Of a DNA stretch of 64,000 nt, positions 44,225 to 55,974 are shown one piece after another. The position numbers were made by a program, and so were the translations under genes. The stretch lies in assembly GCA_012295275.1 (NCBI GenBank), contig CM022678.1, positions 10,974,001-11,038,000 on the forward strand, read 5' to 3'. The DNA is from Chrysomallon squamiferum. Taxonomy: Eukaryota > Animalia > Mollusca. A model generated the notes under the pieces. That model made no database searches. It was not told where the DNA came from and saw nothing but the letters and a program-made list of their open reading frames with translations. The first letter of the stretch is position 1; every line of letters starts with the position of its first letter.

Positions 44225-44311
44225 TCCAGCCACGGTCTGGCTTGCTGCAGGCTTCTCTGATCACTCTGTATGTCCAGTACTTGACCTGGTCAGCAATGAC
44301 CAACAACCCAG
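44225..44311 (+). CDS. SERINC: SERINC exon 8
   Basis: [28 protein letters not shown] hallmark motif; frame requires the weaker AAG acceptor at 44222-44224. Confidence 0.95.
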
Positions 44312-44536
44312 GTGAGTCCTACATCAGACACACACTTCACATCAGTTGAAAATCTAATATTATTATAAACACTATGTAAACCAGATATAAAGACACACAC
44401 TTCACATCAGTTGAAAATCTAATACTATTATAAAAACTATGTAAACCAGATATAAAGACACACAAACACCCACACACAATTTACATTTTGTCCAAGCTTA
44501 AACTGGCACGTCTTTGTCAGTATTATTTTAATTTTT

Positions 44537-44577
<41 letters not shown>

Positions 44578-44863
44578 TATTATTATTATTATTATTACTA
44601 TTATCAAAAGAATCAAAAGATCATTTATTACCATTTATCAACTTTTGCTTTGATTAAATTTTTATGATCATTTATATATAAAAAATTTTTTATCATAATA
44701 ATAAACTGTTGATTAACTTTTTATTTAGTTTATATTAAGCATTTATAATACACAGCTGATTTAATTTGTATTTTATTATTATTATTATTATTTAATCAAT
44801 TTTTAATCATAAACGATTGATTACATTTTCATTATTATTTATTTAAACGTTTTAAATCTACAG

Positions 44864-45011
44864 ATCATACGTGCAACCCAAGCTTGAAGACACTGATAAT
44901 CTCTAACTCAACAATGCCAACGTCGTCAACGCAGACTCAGAGTGGAAGCATCTTCGACTGGGAAAGCATCCTTGCCTTGCTGATCTGGCTCTTTGCTATT
45001 CTGTACTCCAG
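44864..45011 (+). CDS. SERINC: SERINC exon 9
   Basis: DHTCNPSL...FDWESILALLIWLFAILYS; canonical sites. Confidence 0.94.
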
Positions 45012-45452
45012 GTGAACCTTTCTTTATCCTCGTCATTCAACTTGTATCCATCCATGTATTGTGTACGTAGTGAGATTCAGTCTCCGCTGGGACCCTGTTT
45101 GTGTTGTTCCACCCAGTTCAGCTGGTGCCCTCCGTTTGGTTCATGTAAAATGATGGATGTAGTCTGCTGTTTATGAGAAGGTGTGCATGAAAGATACTTG
45201 TTGCTGAGTGAAAAAGAAAAGCTGCAGATTTCCTTTCTTACATGTCTGTGTGATAGTGTTCAGCTGATTTAAAGAATTTAAAGTGTGTCTCAATAAATAA
45301 AATAATTTTTTCTTCATCTTCATTGTTACTGTGTCTGTATTAGAATCCACGTTTAACATCAATGTAGGTCGATTACATCAGAGTCTAAGCTCTGAAATAC
45401 TAAGCTCTTTGATGTATAAATAAAATAATTATGTATATTCTTTTATTTCTAG

Positions 45453-45526
45453 TATTCGGACTTCGTCAAACAGTCAGGTTGGAAAGTTGACTTTGTCAGA
45501 GAAAACAATCTTACAGACTGACACAG
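45453..45526 (+). CDS. SERINC: SERINC exon 10
   Basis: SIRTSSNSQVGKLTLSEKTILQTDT; donor CAG|GTTTTA. Confidence 0.92.
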
Positions 45527-46160
45527 GTTTTAATATCTCTTCTCTCTTTCATTGTAATTAAGTAGACAGAAAACAATTTAAAATTTAATTTTAGACAGAA
45601 AACAATTTACAAGAACACAGGTTTTAAACAACATCTCTTCTCTTTTCATTGTAATTCAGTTAGAGAGAAAACAATCTTACAGAACACAGGTTTTTAAAAC
45701 AACATCTCTTCTCTCTTTTTTTAATCAGAGAGAAAAAATATGACACAGGTTTTAAACAACATCTCTTCTCTCTTTCATTGTAATTCAGTAGTGAAATACA
45801 GACTGACACAGGTTTTAAACAACATCTCTTCTCTCTTTCATTGTAATTCAGTAGTAGAGAGAGAAAACAATCTTACAGACTGACACAGGTTTTAAACAAC
45901 ATCTCTTCTCTCTTTCATTGTAATTCAGTAGTAGAGAGAGAAAACAATCTTACAGACTGACACAGGTTTTAAACAACATCTCTTCTCTCTTTCATTGTAA
46001 TTCAGTAGTAGAGAGAGAAAACAATCTTACAGACTGACACAGGTTTTAAACAACATCTCTTCTCTCTTTCATTGTAATTCAGTAGTAGACAGAAAACAAT
46101 CTTACAGACTGACACAGGTTTTAAACAACATCTCTTCTCTCTTTCATTGTAACTCAGTAG
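45497..46160 (+). repeat. Tandem array (about 60-95 bp units, best copies 77 bp) of the exon-10 3' end plus 5' splice site, 9 copies
   Basis: acacAG|GTTTT recurs with exon-side ends at 45526, 45620, 45689, 45748, 45811, 45888, 45965, 46042 and 46117. Confidence 0.92.
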
Positions 46161-46340
46161 TTGATTTTTATCATTCTTATGATTATTACTTAATTTTGTT
46201 AATCTTCTTTTCTTTTTTGTTGTAATTATTCTTTCTTTTTTAAAAGTCTTTCTTGTTTCTTTTATGTATGTGCACCCATACATACATTTAAATAACTACA
46301 TACAGGCAGGCAGACACACATAGAGACAAACATACATACA

Positions 46341-46380
<40 letters not shown>

Positions 46381-46648
46381 TATAACTTATACATTCATAT
46401 TTACAGATGCAAACAAGCACAAACATACTTGCACAGTACTCGGAAACACACATACAAACACACACACTGATAGATACACATTCACACACACACATACACA
46501 CACAGACCGACACACTTATTTACAGAAACACAAACACACAAATAAATACTCTGTGTATTTAATCAAATTAACACATTCTCTTACATTACAAGTTTATTTC
46601 TTTCTTTCTTTAACTAGTTCTTGTTTTATTTTTTAACTTATTTTCCAG

Positions 46649-46796
46649 GCTCGACTGACAGCGCTGCGGAGGAGGGTGCTAAGCAGAAGGTGTGGGACAA
46701 CGAGGAGGACCAAGTTGCTTACAGCTACTCCTTCTTCCACTTCATGCTGGCCCTGGCCTCGCTCTACGTCATGATGACACTGACAAACTGGTTCAG
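46649..46796 (+). CDS. SERINC: SERINC exon 11
   Basis: [35 protein letters not shown] hallmark SERINC motif. Confidence 0.97.
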
Positions 46797-47485
46797 GTGA
46801 GTGTGTACGTACGTGTGTGTGTGTGTGTTTCATGATGACACTGACAAACTGGTTCAGGTGAGTGTGTACGTGTGTGTGTGTTTTTCATGATGACACTGAC
46901 AAACTGGTTCAGGTGAGTGTGTGTGTGTGTGTGTGTCTGTGTGTTTCATGATGACACTGACAAACTGGTTCAGGTGTGTACATACGTGTGTGTGTGTTTC
47001 ATGATGACACTGACAAACTGGTTCAGGTGAGTGTACGTGTGTGTGTGTGTGTTTCATAATGACACTGACAAACTGGTTCAGGTGAGTGTGTGTGTGTGTG
47101 TGTGTGTTTCATGATGACACTGACAAACTGGTTCAAGTAAGTGTCTGTGTGTGAGTTTCATGATGACACTGACAAACTGGTTCAAGTAAGTGTGTGTGTG
47201 TGTTTCATGATGACACTGACAAACTGGTTCAGGTGAGTGTGTGTGTGTGTTTCATGATGACACTGACAAACTGGTTCAGGTGAGTGTACATACGTGTGTG
47301 TGTTTCATGATGACACTGACAAACTGGTTCAAGTGACTGTGTGTGTGTGTGTTTCATGATGACACTGACAAACTGGTTCAGGTGAGTGTGTGAGTGTTTC
47401 ATGATGACACTGACAAACTGGTTCAGGTGAGTGTTTCATGATGACACTGACAAACTGGTTCAGGTAAGTGTGTGTGAGTGTGTGC
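46769..47485 (+). repeat. Tandem array of the exon-11 3' end plus 5' splice site, 14 copies with variable (GT)n linkers
   Basis: catgatgacactgacaaactggttcaR|GT counted 14 times, the first being the real exon end. Confidence 0.95.
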
Positions 47486-47504
47486 GTCACACTTTATTTT
47501 TTAC

Positions 47505-47716
47505 TTGTTTTCTCCCTGAAGCCCAGAATCTTGACTTCAGTTTTTATTTTTTCTTCAGCCCAAAATCTGACTTCAAATTAATTTTTTATTTTTTTTTACT
47601 TCTTCAGCCCAAAATCTGACATCATTTTTTTATTTTTTTTCTCCTTTCAGCCCGAAATTTGACATCATTTTTTTTAAATATTTTTTCTCCTTTCAGCCCG
47701 AAATCTGACTTCAGTT
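47505..47716 (+). repeat. Tandem array of the 3' splice site plus exon-12 start, 5 copies
   Basis: Pyrimidine tract-AG|ccc(g/a)aaatctgac(t/a)tca recurs with AG ending at 47521, 47558, 47607, 47650 and 47696 (real). Confidence 0.88.
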
Positions 47717-47835
47717 CTCTCAACGCCAACATGGCGTCTCTGTGGGTGAAAATCTCGTCAAGCTGGATTTGCGTTGTTCTGTACGTGTGGACTCTGATTG
47801 CACCCTGCGTCCTCAGAAACAGAGACTTCAACTGA
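47697..47835 (+). CDS. SERINC: SERINC exon 12 (final)
   Basis: [46 protein letters not shown], the typical WVK.SSW..LY.WTL.AP..RDF terminus. The 12 exons sum to 1383 nt, or 460 aa. Confidence 0.97.
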
Positions 47836-48137
47836 CCCCACCCAGGCAAGCTGCATGTGATAATGGAGGGCGGAGTTACCCACCTTTAACTTGGGTGGGT
47901 GGGGTGGAGAGAAGGTTGTCACTGTGTTGAGACTCTCTGCGATTTCGAAAATTAAAAACATTTAAAAAAAAAAAAAAAGATTATTATTATTTAGTGATTT
48001 ATTTTTGTTGTTATTATTTTTATTATTATTTTAATTATTATTATTATTATTATTACTATTATTATTGTTATTATTAATACTCTTTAGCAGTATCTACTTA
48101 AAAAATAAGTCGTTATTTGTTATTATTATTATTATTA

Positions 48138-48188
<51 letters not shown>

Positions 48189-48494
48189 CGATCTTTGTTA
48201 CTATTTTTATTACGACTACTAATACTACTACTACAAGTACTTGTATTAATTATTATATTTTCTAACTATTAGCTTAACTAATTCCTTTAATTTCAAACAT
48301 TTAGAGCCATCAATTAAAACTTGTAGACACGTATTACTTACTTTTTATTTTATTTTATTTTAACTAGCAGCAGTTTGTTTGGTTTCGATCTTTGATGCAC
48401 CTGTAAGAATTTGCACTTAGTTTTGTGCACTTTTTCTTTGTTAGATATAAATTTTTAGATTTTATTTTGTTCCGAGTTGAATATAATGTTGTTG

Positions 48495-48546
<52 letters not shown>

Positions 48547-48808
48547 TAAAACTCAGAATCCTTGAATAATAAAATATTGGTAACATTTACTCTCTTTGTG
48601 TGTTGTATTATTTCTCTGTATTTCGGATGTCATTTTGAAAATTGCTGTGAAATCAAATTTTACTTGATGTCATCAGTATTGTACCTGTGTTGTATTTGTT
48701 GTTTGTTAAAATATCTGTTTAATATTTGAGTTCATACAATATTAAATAAACCAGCTTGAAAATACTGAACAAAAAAATGCAGTAAATATAAAATCTTTTT
48801 TAAACAGG

Positions 48809-48849
<41 letters not shown>

Positions 48850-49675
48850 AACATTTATATCTTTATTTAAATTTCTTATTCTTTCTGCATAAGCCTCATT
48901 AATGTTTTTTTTTATTTTTTTTTTTTTTTTTTAGTGTATTCTTTTGCATATCATACCAAACAAGTTAAACTCCAAATAACCCAAATTTTCTCAAAATATG
49001 CCAACAAATTTAAATTTATATGCTTCATTAGAGCAGAGATGTTCATTTGTGTAACATAAATAAATGTGATTTGTAAAATAAATGTGGTTTGTACACAACT
49101 TGCCTATCCAACTGTAATTAAAGTTTGTTTTGAAAGTCTGACTTTGTTTTGAAAGTCTGACTTATTATTATTATTACTACTACTACTACTACTACTATTA
49201 ATTATTATATTTATGTTTAGCTTAAAATTTTTTTTTTTTTTTAAACTTGTACAAGTGTAAATTACAAACGAAAAATAATAAATAAATAAACATAAACATT
49301 TAAGTTTTATATAAATACCTATAACTAAATAAGTATAATTAGTTCTGTAATAAATAATAACTAAGTAAATATGTAGTATATCACTAAACAAATAACTATA
49401 ACTAAATAAATAAATTTGTGAGTTAATAAAAGATTAAAAAAAAATGTTGTATTATATGTATTTTTTTTTTTTTTTTTTTTACAAAGTATGGCATGTATGT
49501 GAAGTTTAGAGTTGAAAGATGTAAATAAAAATGATTAAAGTTTGATGAATGCAAAAAACTAGAAATAATCTCATTTACTTTTAAGGTTTTATTTTATTTA
49601 TTTTTAAGTACAAACACTGCACGGATAAATGTCTTAACACATTTTGTTTAAGTTAGTTAAAGTGATTTTTTTACT

Positions 49676-49706
<31 letters not shown>

Positions 49707-50121
49707 TATTACTTTTTATATATATATATATATTATTTTTTAAACAACTATATACATGGTGGTATGAATAAATGTACAAAATATATATTAAATACTTCAA
49801 AATACCGTTTTATTTACTTATTTTGTCAGTGTACTGGATGGTATGAATAAATATCCAAACTGGATAAATAAATTAATAATAAAAATATGATGTAAAAATA
49901 AATAAATTGATCAATCAATAAACAAGCTATAAATAATTAAGTATTTTTATTACCTATATCCACCAATTTGTATTAACATCAGAACAAAAATAACTTCCAA
50001 TTATTACTCAGAAACAAGAATATCTTTGTATTTTTGTGTATTGTTGTTTTTAAATGTGTATTTTAAGAATGATTATAGAATCTATTGTAATGTGAATATT
50101 TCGTGCACTGGCTGTATAGTA

Positions 50122-50127
50122 AATAAA
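50122..50127 (+). terminator. Candidate distal SERINC polyadenylation signal
   Basis: AATAAA followed by T-rich downstream sequence; several more proximal AATAAA hexamers also exist. Confidence 0.3.
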
Positions 50128-50414
50128 AATTAGAAATTGTCAAATATAACTGACTTGTCTTATTTGAATATTTTATTTACTTTATTTGTATTCACTTAAT
50201 TTGGTTTAATATTTAAATTAATTTATTTCTGAATTAATTCTTTAAAAGAATATCTTACGTACAGTTTCATTTCAATAATTGCAATATTTTTTTTAAATTG
50301 TGTTTCCTATTTCATTTTATTTATTATTTATTTTATTAGTTATTATTTATTTAATTTATTATTTATTTACTCATTTTATTATTATTATTTACTTTATTAT
50401 TGTTATTTATTATT

Positions 50415-50488
<74 letters not shown>

Positions 50489-50533
50489 CTTTTGATGCTA
50501 TTATGTCTTTTTATTACTTTATTTCCAGTTTAT

Positions 50534-50620
50534 TCTTTCAATCAAATTTGAATTTCGGTACAAAAAGAAAGAATTAATAAATGATAATAATATATTATCA
50601 ATATATCAATGTCATTAGTT

Positions 50621-50690
<70 letters not shown>

Positions 50691-50986
50691 GTATACGTCT
50701 TAAAAAATGTAAAGGGTCGCGGCCTTCAAATGACATCATGCCTTGTTTTAGTTCTCCGATCTATATAAATATCCTCTGAACTTTACTTAGAAATAATTTT
50801 TGTTCTTCAGAAACGGGTAATTCAGAACGGTTATAAAAACACGTTTCGATAAAAATAGATCGAGTCACGAAACAGAGTTACCTGACTTGGCACAGCGACA
50901 GCGATGACTAAAACGCGGAAGATTTTTGATTTCCTGAGAAATAATTTGTATAACTTCACAAGCTCTGATATGTAATCTGGTAAATT

Positions 50987-51063
<77 letters not shown>
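50534..51063. repeat. Segment A of local duplication (copy at 55460-55968)
   Basis: Near-identical from tctttcaatcaaatttgaatttcggtac through to the (CT)n tract. Confidence 0.92.
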
Positions 51064-51067
<4 letters not shown>

Positions 51068-51260
51068 TTTAGAAAATAACAATACAAAAATAAATAAATA
51101 TATAAATAAATACAGGAATAAAGAAGAAAGGAAAGAAACTGAATAAAAAATTAAAAACAACCTAATTAATTAATTAATTAGTTACGGTATATATCTGTTT
51201 GTTAGTTGTATATAAGAAAAACGAAAAAAGACAAAATATTAAAAGTGTTTTAATTTATAG

Positions 51261-51352
51261 GTGAAAGGATCTTAGTTTTATTCTCGGTCTAATCCAGGTA
51301 AGTATATTAAAGTCACACATAAACTAAAAACAGTTAACTAATTACTTAATTA

Positions 51353-51412
<60 letters not shown>

Positions 51413-51620
51413 CTTCTATATATAAGAAAAACGAAACAAGATAAAATGTGAAAAGTATTTTAATTTACAGGTGAAATGATGTTACAATTTTACACCCGGT
51501 CTAATCCTGGTAATACTTTTTTTATGTTATTAAAAAGTCGCATATAAACTAAAAACAAAATAATTAATTAATTAATTAATTAATTAATATATATATATCT
51601 GTTTGTCTTCTGTAAATAAG

Positions 51621-51658
<38 letters not shown>

Positions 51659-51709
51659 TAAAAGTGTTTTAATTTACAGGTGAAAGGATGTATTCTCGAT
51701 TTAATCCAG
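51261..51709 (+). other. Three tandem micro-exon-like cassettes (51261-51297, 51471-51509, 51680-51709) in a repeat of about 210 bp
   Basis: Each has tttaattta(c/t)AG|GTGAAA...aatcc(a/t)G|GTAA; lengths 37, 39 and 30 nt. Confidence 0.5.
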
Positions 51710-51796
51710 GTAAGTATATTGTTTGTTAAAAATTCACATATTCGTTAGAATGTTCTCTGCCTGCCATATTGTATTAGACCGTTACGGGTCTGAAAA

Positions 51797-51827
<31 letters not shown>

Positions 51828-52130
51828 ATATATATTAATTACTTCAGTAAGGATTAAATCTATTATTAGTTAATTTTATTACTATCAGTACAAGTGTTAT
51901 CATCATCATCATCATCATCATCAAACATTTCCTTTATAGAAGAAGTAAGTAACAAAATTAAATTAACAGAATGTATAATAAATTATAAAAACTAACAAAC
52001 TAAAGAAACAAAGAAAGATAGAAGGAAATACGTCAGTGTTTCAATAAGGGTACAGAAAGCGACAGAGAAACAAAGCGAGAGATGAATTAAAAACGAAAAG
52101 ACAGACAGACAGACAGACAGACGTACCAAC

Positions 52131-52330
52131 AGAGACACGCAGAGAAACGAGAAGGGGAGGACAGACAGTTTAAATAACACAGACAGACGTACGTACAGAG
52201 ACACGTAGAGAAACGAGAAGGGGAGGACAGACAGATTTTTAAATAACACAGACAGACGTACGAATAGAGACACGCAGAGAAACGAGAAGGGGAGGACAGA
52301 CAGTTTAAATAACACAGACAGACGTACGTA
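52131..52330. repeat. About 67-bp tandem repeat, 3 copies
   Basis: agagacacg(c/t)agagaaacgagaaggggaggacagacag..aaataacacagacagacgtacg three times, just 3' of the micro-protein stop. Confidence 0.9.
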
Positions 52331-52337
52331 CGTTATG

Positions 52338-52508
52338 TCACTTTCCAGCAGATGCATTTGTACTTCTTGGGTTGCCTGTAGAATCGCTGTACGTTGCCGA
52401 CGACGAAGCCTTTGCTGATCCAGTGGCGTTGGCGCTGACGTTCATGTTGCCGGTGCTGTCAACACTTACTGTTGCTGACGACGACGATGTACTTTCACTT
52501 TGACCCAT
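52338..52508 (-). CDS. 56-aa Ser/Thr/Ala-rich micro-protein with N-myristoylation motif (MGQSES...), family unknown
   Basis: GC-rich coding-like island; acceptor ttgttgacAG 16 nt upstream (exon starts 52524); strong context aaaacATGG. Translation MGQSESTSSSSATVSVDSTGNMNVSANATGSAKASSSATYSDSTGNPRSTNASAGK*. Below the ORF-track length cutoff. Confidence 0.7.
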   Translation of the reverse strand: MGQSESTSSSSATVSVDSTGNMNVSANATGSAKASSSATYSDSTGNPRSTNASAGK

Positions 52509-52671
52509 GTTTTCTTAATTACAACTGTCAACAAATAATTTTTTTTTTTTTTTAATTTGAAACACGGACAGACAGACAGACAGAAAAACAGACAAAAGAT
52601 AGACGGATGAATCCATTTTTCTAAGATATTATATATATACTTTATAGAGGTAGATAAATAGTGTGTGGGGG

Positions 52672-52924
<253 letters not shown>

Positions 52925-52982
52925 AGGCAGAAAGATGTCCAGACACAGTGAGAAAAAGAACGAGAGAGAGAGAGAGGGGGGT

Positions 52983-53430
52983 GTTACGCCCAGGAGGATC
53001 GATCGTATAACCAGACGATTTCTTTCAACGTGTGTGTAACACATCATCAATCCTCAAAACAAAATTTTAACACGGACCCGACAAGTCTACCACAGATTAT
53101 CGGCCTTGGTTATTTTTTTATTTTTTTATTTTTTTATTTATTTTTTTTTTTTTTTTTTTTTGTCAGCTTCTAAAAATAGTTCAGTGCAAAAATCCAGTCG
53201 CTTTTCTTGGAAACGAGATTATTGTAAGAAACGAAATATTTCCTGCTTGGTTTTGCGGAGAATAAAATTATGTTTCTTCTTTTTTATTTTCTTTTATTTC
53301 TTTCTTTCTTGTTGTATTTTTTTTTTTCTTTCGACGTGTTTTGTAAACAGGACTCTGACACGGGCTGGTGTGGTGGGGAAATGCGGTTAGCTGGATGTAC
53401 GTTTTTCTAAACTGAGATGGTGGTATTGTG
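52983..53430. repeat. Left arm of a diverged inverted repeat (partner about 55090-55458)
   Basis: tgtcagcttctaaaaa..tccagtcgcttttcttggaaacgag..gaaatatttcctgctt..aataaaattatg and ctaaactgagatg match the reverse complement of 55090-55366. Confidence 0.8.
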
Positions 53431-53754
53431 TGGGGGGGTGGGGGTGGAGGTAACTTTGTCCTGCCATGCCTGCGTTGTGTGTCTGGTGTTAGTTTGGGGC
53501 GGGTAAGGCACACGCATTAAGCTCAGAGCTGTATCATATATGAAAATAAATATTATTTCTACAACGCAAATACTTTATTTCGAAATAATTTCGATTTCTC
53601 AGAAACGGCTTTGAAATCACGCTGTCAGTGAAACTTGGCACAACGCCAGCGATATATAAAGATGTTACGTGGACAAACGGAAAAGTTTCCATTTCCTGAG
53701 AAATTATTTATGTAATTCTGATTTAACCAAGAAAGAGGGGTAATATGGAAAATT

Positions 53755-53852
<98 letters not shown>

Positions 53853-54408
53853 ATTTACAAAAGAACAATACAAACAGAAAGAATAAATAATAAATATATA
53901 AATATATAAATAAAGGAATAAAGAAAGAAAGAAGAAAGAAAAAGGAAAGAAACTGAATAAAATAGACTAAAAACAAACTAATTCATTCATTACTTAATTA
54001 AAAATACATATCTGTTTGGCATCTGCTTCAAACAGATAATACCTAATTATACATTAAAAATAATAATTATTATAAATACCAATAATAATAACAATAACAA
54101 CTACAACTACAACAACAATAACAATAAAAGGAGCGACAATAACATGAAAACTAACAATAGAAATAGTAGTAGCTCTAGTAGTAGTTGTAGTTGTAGTAGT
54201 AGTGGCGGTAGTAGTTGCCGTAATGGGAGTGGTAGTGATAGCAGCAGCTAGGGTAACAATACTAAGACACAAATAAATTAATGAAAAGAGATTGCTGACG
54301 ATTATAACAAATAAATCAATCAATCAATTGATAACTAAATAAATCAATCAATCAACTGAAAACTAACTAATTAAATAAATAAATAGATAAATATTACAAT
54401 TTACTTAC

Positions 54409-54457
54409 TTGTCTAGTGTCAATCAGTAACGTACTTTTTGAAGTTATTACCTGAAAT
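54409..54457 (-). other. Putative non-coding first exon of the micro-protein gene
   Basis: Inr-like TCATTT with A at 54457, 31 nt downstream of the TATA start; strong donor CAA|GTAAGT at 54408. Confidence 0.6.
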
Positions 54458-54481
54458 GATGAACAACCGAATCTGAGCCAC

Positions 54482-54590
54482 TTTTATAGCATTTACATAT
54501 TTTAAAACTCCATTCTCCGGGATTAAATTGGGAATTCCAAGATCTATTTTCAGAATCGGGGTTTCGTTATTTTCTGAGGAAAACCTAAGT
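54482..54590 (-). promoter_or_regulatory. TATA box with kappaB-like and STAT-like sites
   Basis: TATAAAA at 54488-54482; plus-strand GGGAATTCC 54530-54538, GGGGTTTC 54558-54565 and TTCTGAGGAA 54572-54581. Confidence 0.55.
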
Positions 54591-54771
54591 TACTCTGAAA
54601 CCTTATGATTGTTTTCATTCGTCCTCTTTATTTATATTATATTATATTATATTATATTATATTATGTTTGTTACGTTATATTTATACTACATTATACTAT
54701 ACTATAATTATGTCATATCATATCACGTTTTCTGATGTAGTGCTGTTTTATTTTGCTGTTAGATAACTCAC

Positions 54772-54844
<73 letters not shown>

Positions 54845-55459
54845 TCTACGACATCTATCAGATATCTACGAAATACCATTCTCTGTAACGCGAGTTATCA
54901 AACATGCACGTGACAAAAACACTCTGGGTCATCCTTACACACACAAAACAATCTGCAGACACCCCGCCCTTTAAAACAAGGTAATGTCCAAATGCATCAC
55001 CCGATAACCCCGCCCTGGTTACCCCACCCCAAATTAAAACCGAACACACAACGGAGCCACGACAGGACAAAATTAAACACACACACACACACATAATACC
55101 ACATCTCAGTTTAGGAAAATGTACCTAATAGAAAATCACCCCACCCATCCAGTTTACCGCGATCCCCACCTCAGCACCACAAAAAATACCCCGTACCCCG
55201 CGAGTCACTGCCCTATTTAAAATACAACTCGCAAAAAAAACAAAAACAAAAACACAACACGAATCATAATTTTATTTTCCGGAAAACAAAGCAGGAAATA
55301 TTTCTTTCTTACGACAGCCTCGTTTTCAAGAAAAGAGACTGGAATTTTACTTTTTAGAAGCTGACACACGAAACAAGCGGGGCGGTAATCTGGACCGTCT
55401 TAAAATTTTCGTTTGGGTTATAGTCTATGTGTTACATATATGTTGAATCTGGTCGTAAC

Positions 55460-55546
55460 TCTTTCAATCAAATTTGAATTTCGGTACAAAAAGAAAGAAT
55501 TAATAAATGATAATAATATATTATCAATATATCAATGTCATTAGTT

Positions 55547-55582
<36 letters not shown>

Positions 55583-55876
55583 GTATACGTCTTAAAAAAT
55601 GTAAAGGGTCGCGGCCTTCAAATGACATCATGCCTTGTTTTAGTTCTCCGATCTATATAAATATCCTCTGAACTTTACGTAGAAATAATTTTTGTTCTTC
55701 AGAAACGGGTAATTCAGAACGGTTATAAAAACACGTTTCGATAAAAATAGATCGAGTCACGAAACAGTTACCTGACTTGGCACAGCGACAGCGATGGCTA
55801 AAACGCGGAAGATTTTTGATTTCCTGAGAAATAATTTGTATAACTTCACAAGCTCTGATATGTAATCTGGTAAATT

Positions 55877-55974
<98 letters not shown>

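Larger units (their letters stand above)
53757..55377. repeat. Segment B of local duplication (copy at 55879-57525)
   Basis: Near-identical over about 1.6 kb, including the promoter and non-coding exon. Confidence 0.93.

Noticed and set aside
46769-47485. CRISPR-like appearance (constant ~27-nt repeat with variable spacers)
   Set aside because: The spacers are (GT)n microsatellite variants, the repeat is SERINC exon sequence, the context is eukaryotic and there are no cas genes.
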